A DNA stretch of 63,322 nucleotides. Origin: Octopus bimaculoides. Lineage: Eukaryota. Shown in pieces: positions 10,810-24,345 of the stretch. Both the position numbers and the translations under genes were made by a program. Under the pieces are notes generated by a model. That model searched no databases, was not told the origin of the DNA, and saw only the letters and a list, made by a program, of their open reading frames with translations. Location of the stretch: contig NC_068982.1 of the NCBI RefSeq assembly GCF_001194135.2, forward strand, positions 2,322,889-2,386,210, in the 5' to 3' direction. Position 1 is the first letter of the stretch. Each line of letters begins with the position of its first letter.

Positions 10810-11650
10810 CTTATGTTCACGGAGGTGGCTCAGGAAGACTGACCTGAAAAAGCATAATGAGAGCATAATGATCGTAGCCCAGGATGAAGCATTGAATACC
10901 AACTTAGTGAAAAGGGATATATACCACACACGTGCAACGAACCTCTGCCGAATGTGTGGGAAGATGGTCGAAAGCGTGACTCACATTGTTATTGCTCGTG
11001 AAATTTTTTGCGCAGAAAAAGTACAATCGCAGTCAGGATAAGGTAGCCGAAAACCTTCACTGGTTACTATGCCGGAAGTATGGATACGAGGTAACGGGTG
11101 CTTGGTACCTACATACACCGGAAAAGGTAAAGGACGAAAAGGGGAAGGAAAATATCCTGTGGGACTTTGACTTCCAGACAGATAAGGTGTTAGAGCACCG
11201 AAGGCCGGATATAGTAACCTTTAGGAGGGACAAACGAGAGTGCCTAATGATCGACATGACAGTGCCAGGAGATCAACATATCATGAAAGAAAGAGAAAAG
11301 AGTGATAAATATGGGGACCTGTAAATCGAGATAACCAAGATGTGACAGTTGCGAGAGTCAAACATAAATGTTGTCTCTATTGTCATCGCAGCATTGGGTT
11401 CAATACCACCCAACCTAAAAAATAAAAAAAAAACATCTGGAAACTTTAGAAATACTCTGCAATCTATTTGCATTGTAAAAGTCGGCATTACTTGGAACTG
11501 CATGCATATTGCGTAAAGTACTGTCTGTCTGAGGTCCTTATTGCAACTTGACAAACAGTACAAATCCCCCGGTAGACACAATATCTTCAATCAACAACCT
11601 CACGATATTGCACGATACTGTGCGATGTCTTAAATAATAGTAATAATAAT
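10810..11650 (+). mobile_element. 3' segment of an RLE-type LINE (CCHC knuckle + PD..D endonuclease + tail)
   Basis: WLRKTDLKK...AQDEALNTN...CRMCGKMVESVTHIV; HWLLCRKYG...WYLHTPEKV...ILWDFDFQTDKVLEHRRPDIV...IDMTVPGD...KYGDL*; ends in an AAT-rich tail at 11632-11650. Confidence 0.9.
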
Positions 11651-12799
11651 TACAATTTTTAAATTTTATTTTTCTATTTTTGGAGAGACAAAAGATAGTT
11701 GCAAAAGTCTAGATATGAAATGCAGATCCCGAAATCGAAAATCACAATGTATCGAAATCAGATCATAATGTTGAGCAATCACAATAAAAAGGTTATTGTG
11801 TGCAAGCTACAGTGTTCCGAGACGCACAAAATTAAAATGTATAATACAAGAATAAATGCAAGCAACGATACTTCAAACCAAGTAAAAGAAAACAGATGAA
11901 TGGCAAGTGATCTGAATTAATTTAGTGAGTAAATGTTGTTTGTATATGACTTACTTTGGCTTGCTTTAGTAATTGAAGTCTGGATATATGCTATTATATT
12001 TCTATGTATCGTTGAGTTATATGACGTTTAATGCCAACAACGTACTGATAGAGAATTTCAACAATTGAGTGCGTTTGGTTGAACACGGTGTATTACATTG
12101 TCAAGTGTGTTTGAAGATACTTTTAAATAATCCATGAATTTTTTTTTCTTTTTTGTCCAGAGTCTGTTGTTTTCAGGGGTCATCTGTATAGATTGGTTAA
12201 CCTTTACAGCTTTAAATTACTACGAAACAAAGATATTCTTATCTGGGAAGTTAAAGTAAGATTACCGGGAGATTTACTAAAAAGATACATATACATCCCA
12301 TAAAAAACGATATATGGGATTCCTTCATTAACACTGGAGACGCCCCATGTGTTGTAGCCAAAGTAAGTGTCCCTTTAGCCTAGAATATCCTGTGACAGTA
12401 TTGCCTAGGATTATCCTTATGGGAGAAGCAAACGCGGCAACTTATGCTATGCTTACTAAAGTAATCAGGAATTAAATACTGGCTCATTCTAAAAGTGCAC
12501 GAAAACGGCAGCCTACAAAATAACAATATATTCCCAACCAATCATAATAATGACATACAGTTACCTTTTTTCTTAAAATGGCACTTCATCAACTAACCTA
12601 CCAATTAGAGAAGGATAATTTCTTTGTAATGAATTATCTAATTTACAGTCTGCTTGTGTGACTCCTTTGATAAATATTTTCGTGCAACTAATCCATTACA
12701 ACGGTCCGTACATTGGAAACTATCACAGACCGTACGAAATAAATGGAGGACTTGAACTAGTTTTATCGAATAGAGAGGAAATACGGTGTAAAAACATAT

Positions 12800-13265
12800 T
12801 GGAAATGTAAGTCAAAACCTTCAGTTTGTATGACTGTTTGAACGCGGGACAGGAATCGTTGGCACAATTGCCGTTTCTTCTGTTAGAATTTTGATTTTAT
12901 CCAAGTTTTCTCCTCAGAGGAGAAGCAAAGCATGCCATTTCCGTGATGGGGCTTTCATCTCTTTAGAAATGACCTGTATCAAAGTATCTGGTACAACAGT
13001 TCTTCTAGTCTACTCCAGCAGCTGGCGTTCTTCAGCGATGGTCCTCAATGATTTTCCATAATTATCTCGATAAAGTTTTGAGCTTGTTGGATGAATTGCG
13101 ATATCTTTACTGTGTCCGAACGACTTTTCTCTTGGATACAGCTGAAACATTCCCACCAGAATCTTCCATCTGAAATTAATGTTCAAAAACATTTGTAGCA
13201 TTTGCCGTTTCTAAATCGCTGTATTCCTCATATATGGCAACAATGACAGCGTGTCGTTTCAGTTT
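12800..13265 (-). mobile_element. Internally deleted Tc1/mariner (maT/DD37D-like) transposase remnant
   Basis: LKRHAVIVAI..SDLE...EDSGGNVSAVSKRK (N-terminus), GMLCFSSEEK (first catalytic D region), then directly CQRFLSRVQTVIQTEG (C-terminus-like). Confidence 0.6.
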
Positions 13266-13425
13266 TAATAGCATTTTATCTGTCATGGAAGATTTGAATG
13301 GAATAAACAAAAAAAAACCCAACTCTTTAAATGATTTGCAGAAAATAATACACAGATAATTAAGCGTTTTCGTATACCCCTTGCACCCTGCATATGATTA
13401 TAAATTCTAGCATATATGCATGTGA

Positions 13426-13576
13426 ATGTATGTATGTATGTATGTATGTATGTATGTATGTATGTATGTATGTATGCATGTATGTATGTTTGTATGTATG
13501 TATGTATGTATGTATGTATGTATGTTTGTATGTATGTATGTATGCATGTATGTATGTATGTATGTATGTATGTATG
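13426..13576. repeat. (TGTA)n microsatellite
   Basis: Direct reading; explains the MYVC/HTYI ORFs. Confidence 0.95.
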
Positions 13577-14289
13577 TCCCTCTCTCTCTCGCTTTCTCTA
13601 ACTTTCTCCTTCTTCATTTCTCTATTGTTGTCCTGTTATATTTTTCAAATATAAGCTTGCCCTTTTTCCTTCATTAGATTAATTCTTTTCAAACGAACAA
13701 AATGGAGATCGCTGTGTCAAAATGGTATTAAAAACGTTGTTGCAACCAGCATTAACAGGCTTCGGAGTGCAAGGTAAAGGAGAAAAGAGGCTGCAAATAT
13801 ATTACATGCAGTGACCTGTAATCCTCGCAACATCTGTGGCTTTCTTTGAAAATCGTTGGTGGAACTTAAATGTCACATTCAACGTAAGCATTATGGCTGA
13901 CATAGAAAGAGTACGTTGTCGGATGGTCATACGTCAAAACCGACGGGAGAGTCCATCATACACTCACACACACACACATGCGCGCGCACACACACATATA
14001 TGTATACACAAGACACATGTATGTATGTATTTTCCTTTTTCTTAGATTCACCGTTCTCTATTGCTTTTGTAACTCTCATGTGGGAATGATTAGCTGACAC
14101 GTTGAATCCATTCCGAACTGCATGCGAAAGTAACCTGTTAGAAATTCCCATCAACAGAGCTATCGATGTAATTCCCACCCTTCTTGGAACCAATGAACTC
14201 ATAAAACCACTGTTTAAATGCAGATTCCATTCCTACTGAAACGTATTACTCTTGCGAAGCGTCAGTTGAAGTTTTAATTTCTATTTTCA

Positions 14290-14780
14290 CTTATGTGGTC
14301 AGCAGGCGTCATTTCCCAACAGTTCAATGATCCTATCACCATTCACCTGTTCAAGAACAAAGGGAACATACAACTATGTATCTATTACAGTGATAACAGC
14401 TTCTTATTGATTATTGGCGAAATATTGACGAGATTGCTTCATCCATCAACAAAATACAAACAATCTCCTAGCGAAAAGCCTCTGTGGCTTCCGTTGTAAA
14501 AGAATATTAATGACATAGTTCATCATTACATGGTGCTATATTAGGATTTGTATATAAAGCTTTGTTGTTCTAACGATAGCTTTTAAAATGATGCGTGGAG
14601 AAAGTTTGAGTTGAAGCCTTGTGAAACATGACTGTGCTTCTATTTTCGTACATATTATCTTTATAAGTGTTAAGGGCAATGGATTCATATCAGTATAGAA
14701 CCTCTGTTCCGTATACTACTAAAACACATGTCAGTGTGGTTGCACCTATCTTTCTTAGAATCGTGTTTTGTACCTCGTCA
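14290..14780 (+). mobile_element. Degenerate RTE-like LINE RT fragment
   Basis: MWSAGVISQQFNDPITIHLFKNKGNIQLC...IGEILTRLL...KSLCGFR resembles RTE RT domains 1-2 (IW...IP.EFKDA.IIHLYKRKGNRQ.C...GKILARVL...ESQCGFR). Confidence 0.55.
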
Positions 14781-17620
14781 CGGGTTTTTTAGGACGTGTC
14801 TAGTTGAAATTGACATTAATTGGAGAGATTTTGGAAAAAAATTATTCTCTCTTTGTACATTCTAAGTAAAAATCAAAATGAAATATCTAAGTCTCTGTGA
14901 GGGGCAGTTTTGAGATGACTATCGATTGCTGATCATCGATTGCTGATTATAGATTGCTGGTGCTTAGGGAATCCAACATTCAAGTAGATGTCTAAAATCT
15001 GGCCTCAAAACGAGGGTGAGATATTTTGGTGCAGCTGTTTTGGCGCCGTCCATTTGGCGTCACTGATCTGACTCAGGCATCACGTTTTAATATTTCTTTC
15101 CTTCTCCCGCATTCTCTCTCTTTCTCCCTCCCCCTCTCTCTCTCTACCATTGTCGTTTTATGTGCGTGCGTGAATATGTGTGTAAGGAGGGCGATAGTTC
15201 TATGCTAGTCGTAGTCAATCTATAAAATGTAATGCCCCATTCTCTCCCTCTCCCCTCACTCTATCTGCATGCATATGTGTCTACACTCGCACGCACGTAT
15301 GTGCATGTGTGCGTGTGCGTGTGCGTGTGTGTGTCTGTGTGTGTTTATGTGTCAAAAAATAGCAGCAGAATATTCAGTCTGCCTCTGCCACAACGAGCAC
15401 TAGAAACGAAAAGTATACAGCAATGAACCCGAAAACAAGAACAACACGGACAGTACAGAACCGGGAATAAACGCGATGAAGAATTAGATAAAAATGTTGA
15501 CAATTTGACAGAAATTTGAATCACACTCTCCTCTAATACCTGCAGTGATGCTGAAATGCCGTATTGGCATCGAGAGTACTTCATCTGGAACACTGTGATA
15601 TAAATTTTGGGAAAATGCGGATATCCACGCTCATACCAAAATGAAAGTTTAGCATGTTGTCATCTATTTAACTTTGTTCTGTGGTAGTTGCCAAAGATTT
15701 TAACGATAAAGTAGCAGGATAGATTTCTCGCAGGGTGTGTGCCAATTTATCGACTGTGTTTGCTAAGGAGAAGCAAACAAAGCTACATTAAGCTGAATAT
15801 GGTGACAGCATGTCTACGTTTACGCAACCAAAAGCAGCAATTTTGCATTTGTTGCAAATGGAGAGCGCAATTTTGGCGTAGTAAAAATTCAAAGATCCAC
15901 AGAAAGTCATCTTAAAAGACTAAGTTCAACGAAATCACAATGGAAAGAAGATATGGCTAGTGAAGCAACATGTTTTAATATTCGCGAATCAACGTAGTTA
16001 AGGCCAAAATGGAAGCTTGTAACTTACCACTCTTACATCAATTAAACCGTACACCGTGGCAAAATCGTCTCTGACATAACAGGTTTTTTTTTCACCAACA
16101 ATTCAGATACACGTCTCACTTTTATTCTGTTAATCATTTATTTATTCTTACAAATATGTTTTTTTAAATAGAAATAATATATAATTCTAAATCGGAATAA
16201 GTGTTAAGTCAAATCATATAATTATAGTAAAGCAAAATCGGGCAACATACGATGATGTATTTATGAATTAATTTTTATCTAACACTCTGTTTCTAGATAT
16301 TGTGTATAGCAAAAGCAAATCGTTTGAACACGCATGTCAAATAGGATGAGAAATAAGCACGTGGCTGAAGTTAAATAAATATCGGAAATTATATTTTATA
16401 CTTAGTTTACTCTCGCTCCTGATCAATCTATTGCTGTCAACAACAAATTTGTAAAGTATAAGATAACATTATCTAGCAATACTATCTGATTCAAATATAT
16501 TTCTCTATATACTTCCGAAATTGCTTTGATAGTGTTCAGATAAGAATTCTCAGTTGTCAACACGATGAATTCTAAATTTATTTTAAAGTGAACAATAAGT
16601 ATATAAGAAAATGTGAAAATAATGCACGTGTATAAGGCACGGGATATAATTCTTTACAATAAACTCGCTTCCAAATTTACAAGCATAACCCTTTCACGAA
16701 CTATACAATCGTCAGTTTTTCACCCAATGCCCGAGTTTTTTTTTCCATATATTTGAAATGTATTCATTGGGTGTTGGTGGGTTAATAGTAAGACATCTCA
16801 CCATATTGTAATAGAATCTGTGTAATAAGTTGCAATCTTCAGGATCTTGGTTTATGTATGTATATATGTATACGTCTAAATAACATAAACGCATGTTTAT
16901 ATATGTGTGTGCGTGTGAATGCGTACATATGTGAATGCATATAAGCCCAATCATACATACATACATACATACAAGCACGCATGCATACATACAAGCACGC
17001 ATACATACATATATATATATGCGCGCGTGTGAGTGTGTATGTATGTGTAGGTATATATATATATGTATGTATACCACTGTAATGGTTGCAAAGTTGCATG
17101 CTATTACAGAATATGGAATCGCATAAGGTATCTTATATCAATGATATAATTAAAAATTCTACCTCGCAAATGGAAAAACATTCTTGTAAATAACGTGCTA
17201 CATTTGAATTGAGAAGTGGTATTAACTATTAATTACACACTCAGCTAATTATACTTATAAAAAGAGGAAAATTTATTTTTATATTCAATCTACGCCACAC
17301 TTACAACGACCAGAATAGATCCACCAGCTCAATAAGAAACTGAGATATGCCGTGTTCATTGCAGAGTGTTTCAGAATAGTGCAGATATAAGCAAACTGAG
17401 AATTGAATAATATATTTTTCTTTTTCGAACTCAACCATTAATTATTTTCATAGAGTGACTGTAGTGCTTCTATTCCGTCCATACATATTGGAAATGATAT
17501 TTGTTTATTACAATTTATTTGCTGATCCCTTAACCTGCAGGACCATCAAGATAACAGTAACGTAAATAAGGTCACTTACACACATATATACACACACGCG
17601 CTAATNNNNNNNNNNACGCG

Positions 17621-17696
<76 letters not shown>

Positions 17697-17833
17697 CTCA
17701 ACTTATATATGATTGCGTGCATATTCATGCCATTCAATGCTGCTCCAAGCGCGTCTATTTAATATGCATCTGTGTCTGTGGGTGTTTGGTTATGTATATA
17801 CGTGTATATTATATATACCCATATATGTGTATG

Positions 17834-17903
<70 letters not shown>

Positions 17904-17913
17904 NNNNNNNNNN

Positions 17914-17957
<44 letters not shown>

Positions 17958-17990
17958 TAGATATATAGATATATATATATATATATATAA

Positions 17991-18520
17991 TTAAATTAAT
18001 AATAATATGTATTATATAATATGTATATAATTATATTATGGGACCAAAGGCGAAAATGACCTGTCTCCAGCATGCTTGAAGTGCCGTGACCTACAAAAAG
18101 ACTACCAAAACCTCCAGATAAATATGCACATGGCTGAAAGCGGGCCAACGAAAGAATATTAAAAAGACCTCCCGTTAATTGTGAATTGGTTCCAATTTCT
18201 GGATTGAAACCATAAACAAGCGTTTTTCCTTCGTCAACACGATACTCGGGGAAATATAAATACAAATAATTGCACATACCGTGCAAAGCAGGTTCACACG
18301 TCTACATAAACTGGTTCACACGTTTAGATTGGAACCAATACACAATTAACGCGGGGTCTTTTTAATAGTCTTTCGCTGGCCCGCTTTCAGCCATGCGTAT
18401 ATTTATCTGGAGTTTTTGGTAGCTTTATGACGGTATCTACACTTCAGACATACCGGAGATAGGTCGTTTTCGCCTTTGCTCTCTTAAGATAATTTTATAC
18501 ATTTTATACATTAATTTAAT
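17991..18520. mobile_element. Fold-back/MITE-like element with ~200-bp imperfect TIRs
   Basis: 17991-18196 is the reverse complement of 18328-18520 (e.g. CAAAGGCGAAAATGACC / GGTCGTTTTCGCCTTTG; GCTGAAAGCGGGCCA / TGGCCCGCTTTCAGC). Confidence 0.8.
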
Positions 18521-18802
18521 GTATAAATTGCCTGTAAATTTTGATAGCATGCTGACTACCTGATTAAAATCATTAACGTAATTTTTATCCTTATATTCAA
18601 TTATGAATTAAATAAATAAAATTAAAATTAAATAATTTAATTATTCTTACTCCTGACCGGAACAGAATTTACTGTACAAGTATTCTTATAATATGCACGT
18701 TGCTGTCGTGGGGGTATTTAAAATTGACTTATCCTGGATTTATACGTGCAAATACTTGTAGGTAGACAGGTGAGCCTGCTTTGTATGGTATATGCCATTA
18801 TA

Positions 18803-18845
<43 letters not shown>

Positions 18846-19821
18846 TTCTCTTACACATTGTAAGAAAAGGAGAAAAGAGAGCGATAGCAAGAATACGATC
18901 GAGAAAATGTGGGAGAGATAAATATACGGTATATTCACTCGAATATTCAGGACATGTGTGACATTTGTGGACTTGATGAATATTCTTTCAAGAAATTAGA
19001 AAAGAACATTTTGGATTTCGCTTCCTCAGATCCGTGGATACTTATAAATTGTTTGTGTTTTTGTGATTTTGCTTCATCCATTGATATCCAAGCTGAACCA
19101 GGTTCAACGATCTACATATGTTTTATTGCAACCAAAGTAAACGTGAGTAACAAACACATAACTCCAGGCATAATTCTGCTGGAAAGGAATTACTTATGCA
19201 ATAAATAAACAAATAAATAAATTCATTTTCATCATTCGTTCGCAGTAGACATTTTGGGCAAGAATATGCTATTAGAAATTAAAAGATGATGTATAACTTG
19301 AGCAAAAGTAAGAAACGTTTATTTTTATTTAACTGATATTCCACGATGGGTTGAGAAAGAAATAACAGCACCTTGCGGTAACTGCTAAATGCCTAAAGAA
19401 TATAATGTGATAATAGTTTATCATATACCTCACGCACATTTCCCGTAAAGAATGTAAAATTTGTAAGAAAGGGACAAGAGTTGACGTGTTCAGGTTTATT
19501 AGATTTTATCACTGTATTCTGATATGTTGGGGTCTGCTTCATCAGTTGTCAAATCTTTTGCGGATATAAAAAAAATTACGAATAATTTTATGTCAGTAAA
19601 ATTTGCATATCGATTTGTATTTTGCTATTAATAAATCTTCTACATTTCCACGTCGACTATTGCCTTGGGTGCAATGTAGTAAACAGAAATTGCGAATGCA
19701 TCCATCATATCAATATATACACATGTATACCTAAATGCATGTACATATTTATACATATGTATATATTGGAGGATATGTGTGAGTATATAAACGTGTATGC
19801 TTTCATATATATATATATATG

Positions 19822-19918
<97 letters not shown>

Positions 19919-20149
19919 GCACTTACAAACTCTCACACACACACTAACACAAACACACGCGCATATATATATATGCTTACGTGCGTGCGTGCCTGTCTGT
20001 TGTGTCTGTGTGCGTTTGTGCGTGCGTGTCCGTGAGATCAGTGGACAGAAGTGGGAATTCAACGCAACATGTATTATAGGAATTATTTGTTTTTGACATA
20101 GCGGTTCGTGAAGGCTCATTCAGTTCCTCCAGTATTCGGACGCAATATG

Positions 20150-21100
20150 GAGTAAAATCAAAACGGCTTCTTTATTACAGAGACTAACCCTCATTGATCA
20201 GCTGGGGCCATGTTACGGTATCATGAATACATTTAATAGATCTCCGGAAAAACCTACCCAGGTGATACTTTGCATTCATAAACATACCAACCACGATCCA
20301 GCTGTAATGAAAAATTCACCTAAAAATCCCCAACCTATCGTACGATACAGAGATTTTATTCAATGGGCCAAAATCACATCACAACGGGGCTTTACTGGTC
20401 CTCATCTGCACACCCAAATCATGAGATTTAGAGAAAAAAGGGTATCTAATAGAATCTTCCATTCAGCCAAGATGTTTCTACTAATATCGCAAGGAGATTC
20501 CTGACCTTCATTCTGTTACATTCTCTTAGAACCTTTAGGTACCGATACTTTGAAGGCCTGCTGTTCGTATTTAGACAATATCCTTTATATTAATACACAC
20601 CAGAAGAGAAGAAAACACACGTTAATGAAAACTCCATCCTATATGCCAAGCAGCAGATGCTGAAACCCTACAGATTGGGAGAATTCTGTCTCTCGGAACC
20701 CACTCTCATATCACCAAATGGTAGAATGAGTCACTACACGAGCAGGACGACCAAAGACCTTAACGGAAATTCATGCAACTTAGGCATTATTTCATATGTA
20801 GGAACAAGGAAAACTCTACTGCATTGTCTTTCTTTATGTAAAGTTTTCGTAACCACAACCGTATCTCATCCAGTATCATACGGGTTGTACACAAAGTACC
20901 ACATCTTACTTGTACAGGCCTCGCAATTGCTACCTTTGCTTTCAAGAAAGGCTGCACATCTTCCAACGGCCAGCAGCATGTATCAGCAGAAAAATTGACG
21001 TTCCATGTTGTCCACGAACAAGATATACTCTTTTGATGTACCTCAAATGATTGACAGACGATAATCGCCCTATCCCAATCTATATCGGGCTATACTGTGC
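20150..21100 (+). mobile_element. Penelope-like element ORF remnant (RT thumb + GIY-YIG endonuclease; Neptune-like)
   Basis: PEKPTQVILCIHKHTNHDPAVMKNSPKN (cf. KP....YIH..SNHPP...KNLP), NLPFSQDVSTNIARRFL (cf. WFNPPFS.NV.TN+..FL), SYVG...SFRNHN and AEKL; many stops and frameshifts. Confidence 0.7.
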
Positions 21101-21693
21101 TTCTTGGCTGCATTGAGATAACCAAACCCATTCTGGCATTTCAACGATTTAGGAAACATGGCCCTCATAGGTGTGATTGCGTCACGCATTAATTACTAAG
21201 TAGCTCTCATCTAATTTAATGAATTATTACAACATATCTGAGGCCACAACTGACAGTCAGACGTTAAAGTTTCTTTGTAATGGTGAAGGCATCGCTTCCC
21301 ATCTGATGCTTTAAGAATTGATTCTGTTGACGCATCAAATTCTATGCTCTGATGACTAAGCAAAATTAATATTCTCTTGCATATCAGAGAAGTTGTCAAT
21401 GAATTTTCACTATAACGGCGTGACCCGAACTTACCAATGGGAGTTAATTTCTTTAACACAGAAAGCATTGTGTTTACTCTTCATTTTGCTTACGAATGGC
21501 CGAGGAAGTTCTTGTTTTTTCACGTCTCGAAATATTAAGTTATACGGGGAGCTAAATTAAACTGTTATCCAACACACACATACACCCCTCAAATACACAC
21601 ACACACTCCTAAAAGCGGGTATACATACATACATACATACATANNNNNNNNNNNNNNNNNNNNNNNNNNNNNNNNNNNNNNNNNNNNNNNNNN

Positions 21694-21736
<43 letters not shown>

Positions 21737-22224
21737 AATATAAATATACGTATACACTAACACACACACATATACACACACACATACATATATGGAGGGA
21801 AAGAGTATGTATCGATAGATAAACATAGGCCTAATTGTGGGTGAGTATATGTTTGTGCGTCCCTATGTGGTAATACATGTAAATGACAGCATGCATATTT
21901 TATATATATTTATTTTATGAAACACAAATTCGCAAAATTGCCATCAAGGGTCCATGATGACTTAACGCCATTATCAGCTCGGATCAGAATGAGAAAATAA
22001 GGAAGAAAGCCAAAAATGTCCCTTATAGTGACAATAGGTTGATGGTGCATCGATGTGTTATGGCTTCCTTCTCACGATGCAGTGTTTCTCACTACGTGGC
22101 ACGGCCACAAGACGCCAATGTCGTTATTTTACTATGGCAAGTTACCGAATAAATACAGTTAGGATCGTAATTATTTCAAAGGGAATTAAGATAATACGAA
22201 TGAAACTTTTATTCTCTTATTCTT

Positions 22225-22385
22225 CTACTTCTTTCAGTCACTAGAATTTGGCCATGCTGGGGCAACGCCTTGAAGAATTTTTAGTCGTATAAATCGAGCC
22301 TAGTAATTACTTTTTAAAGCCTAGTACGTATTCCATCGGTCTGTTTTACCGAAACCCTAACTTGCAGGGAGATAAACAGCCACAC
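22225..22385 (-). mobile_element. SINE family A, 3' half
   Basis: Reverse complement matches the tail of 3271-3645 (GGCCATGCTGGGGCAACGCC...TTAGTCG...CCATCGGTCTG on +). Confidence 0.75.
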
Positions 22386-22479
22386 GCGCTCACAAGCACG
22401 CGCACACACGCGCACACACACACACATACACACACACACACACACACAAACATTTATAGATAGTGAGACTTTACAAAAC

Positions 22480-22660
22480 AAAAAATAAAAGACGAAGACG
22501 GGTGTGTAAACAAGAAACAGATGTATTAGTTTAACGCTCAGGAAGTGAGAAAGTCTTTTACGTTTCGAGCCTACGCTCGTCGACAGAAAGGAACACAGAA
22601 AGAAACAAGGAGAGAAAATAAAAAAGGTTTAGGGGCTAAACAACAATAGGAGAAAGCAGA
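22480..22660 (-). mobile_element. Penelope-like terminal-repeat fragment with HHR variant
   Basis: Abuts a (CA)n tract; AACGCTCAGGAA...ACGTTTCGAG is shared with 6715-6770. Confidence 0.55.
22555..22590 (-). ncRNA. Minimal hammerhead variant (CUGUCGA core)
   Basis: RNA CUUU-CUGUCGA-C-GAGC(GUAG)GCUC-GAAAC-GUA-AAAG: stems I and II pair, loopless palindromic ACGU stem III, GUA site; core has A6U plus one extra base. Confidence 0.5.
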
Positions 22661-22971
22661 AAGTATAAAAAAGTTTAGAAAAGTTCAGAAGGTTCAAACG
22701 TTGTGGTGTATTGGAGCGATTTCTCATCAAAGAAGAGTCCAGTGTAGTCCATGGTTAGAAAAGGTGCAGCCGAAGTGTAGGAGTCCAGTCGTAGGAGAGT
22801 AGAAGAAAGTACAGGTAGAGAATCGAGGTAGAACTGTTCAGGAAAAGTTCGAAGTGGAGGTGGAGACAGGATAAAACTGGTGCGACCACGTGAGCGTGTA
22901 ATGTATAGTGATATATATATATATATNNNNNNNNNNNNNNNNNNNNNNNNNNNNNNNNNNNNNNNATATAC

Positions 22972-23020
<49 letters not shown>

Positions 23021-24288
23021 TGTATGTATATATTTATGTATGTAAGTATGTATGCAGGCATGTATATAATTATAAGTTATAACATAAAATAGTTGAAGAA
23101 ATGCTTACTATAGGTGTTTATTTTTTTATCAATAGAAACCAGAAAGTTATAAAAATATGTCCATCGATACTGTGACAATTGTTATGAATCTCTTCAAATT
23201 GAATCGAAAATTAAAGATTTAATATCAGTCAGGGTCAAAATTGTTTCACACAACATAGAGTAAAAATTTCAAATAATAATCATAGTGGGTCATAGTTGTT
23301 CATATTTCATAGCTGACCTGAGTCTAAAATAGAAATGCTCGGAGAAAATTTTTTGAAAATGTTCATATATCTTTTAAATGTTTGATATTTTTTACTCTGG
23401 ACTTGTTCTGCTAAATGGGAGTTAATACCGTTTGATGAGAGGATTACAATCTGACAAGTTATATTCGTAGTTACTTTAACATGTCTGTCCGTTCGAGCAG
23501 ACTCTACTGCGATACTTTGACCCCAAGAAGACATCTCCTGACAATTAGTTTGGGCCGAAGCAGTTGTTAATTTATTTTTCTTTGGCAGTTTCCAAGATTA
23601 TTCATATCCGACTGAGTATATGTTAAAGGCATCCTCTTTTGAAATGGTTATCGTAAACTCCAAAAACAACAAATTCTTTAGATCCTTACCTGCATGATTT
23701 TGGCAAATTGAAATTTCCTATATGTTTTATGCTACTGGAATTAACCGTAGTCTTATAAGGTATTTGTGGGAATAAATTACATCCGTTTCCATACCAATGA
23801 AAAATTGTTGCTTCATAACTGATATCATTCAGTGGCATAAAAAAGGTCACCAGGGTTTCAAATAAAATATTTGAGAGTATTTTAATTGCCACAAATCTTG
23901 TCAGGTTACATTTAAAAAAAAATGTATTGCTTTTCAAACTGTTTTGTTTTTACTTTGTATGCATCTCAAAATAACACTTTCAAAATACCTCAGAGATTGT
24001 TGCAATGGAAAATTTAAACAGAAACACTCACACTCGCGCACATTCTCTCTCTGTCTCTCACACTTATACAAACATTTTCTCCCTTTCTCTCTTACACATA
24101 TACACACGCACATAGCTAGCATGTCATTGAAGATGATTATTGTAAAATCTGCACAATAAATTTTCATTCTAATATGGTCATTATGTCCCGTTCTAGAGAA
24201 ATCATTTTGAGTCGTCACAGAAATTTGGTCCAGTTGCTTTACTTTTTCACTAAAACAACCTCAACGTATTTTTGAAGGAAAAAAAATG

Positions 24289-24345
<57 letters not shown>

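Noticed and set aside
13360-13677. ORFs rich in MYVC, HTYI, YI, CV, poly-S/M/N (here and throughout)
   Set aside because: Translations of microsatellites; no coding evidence.
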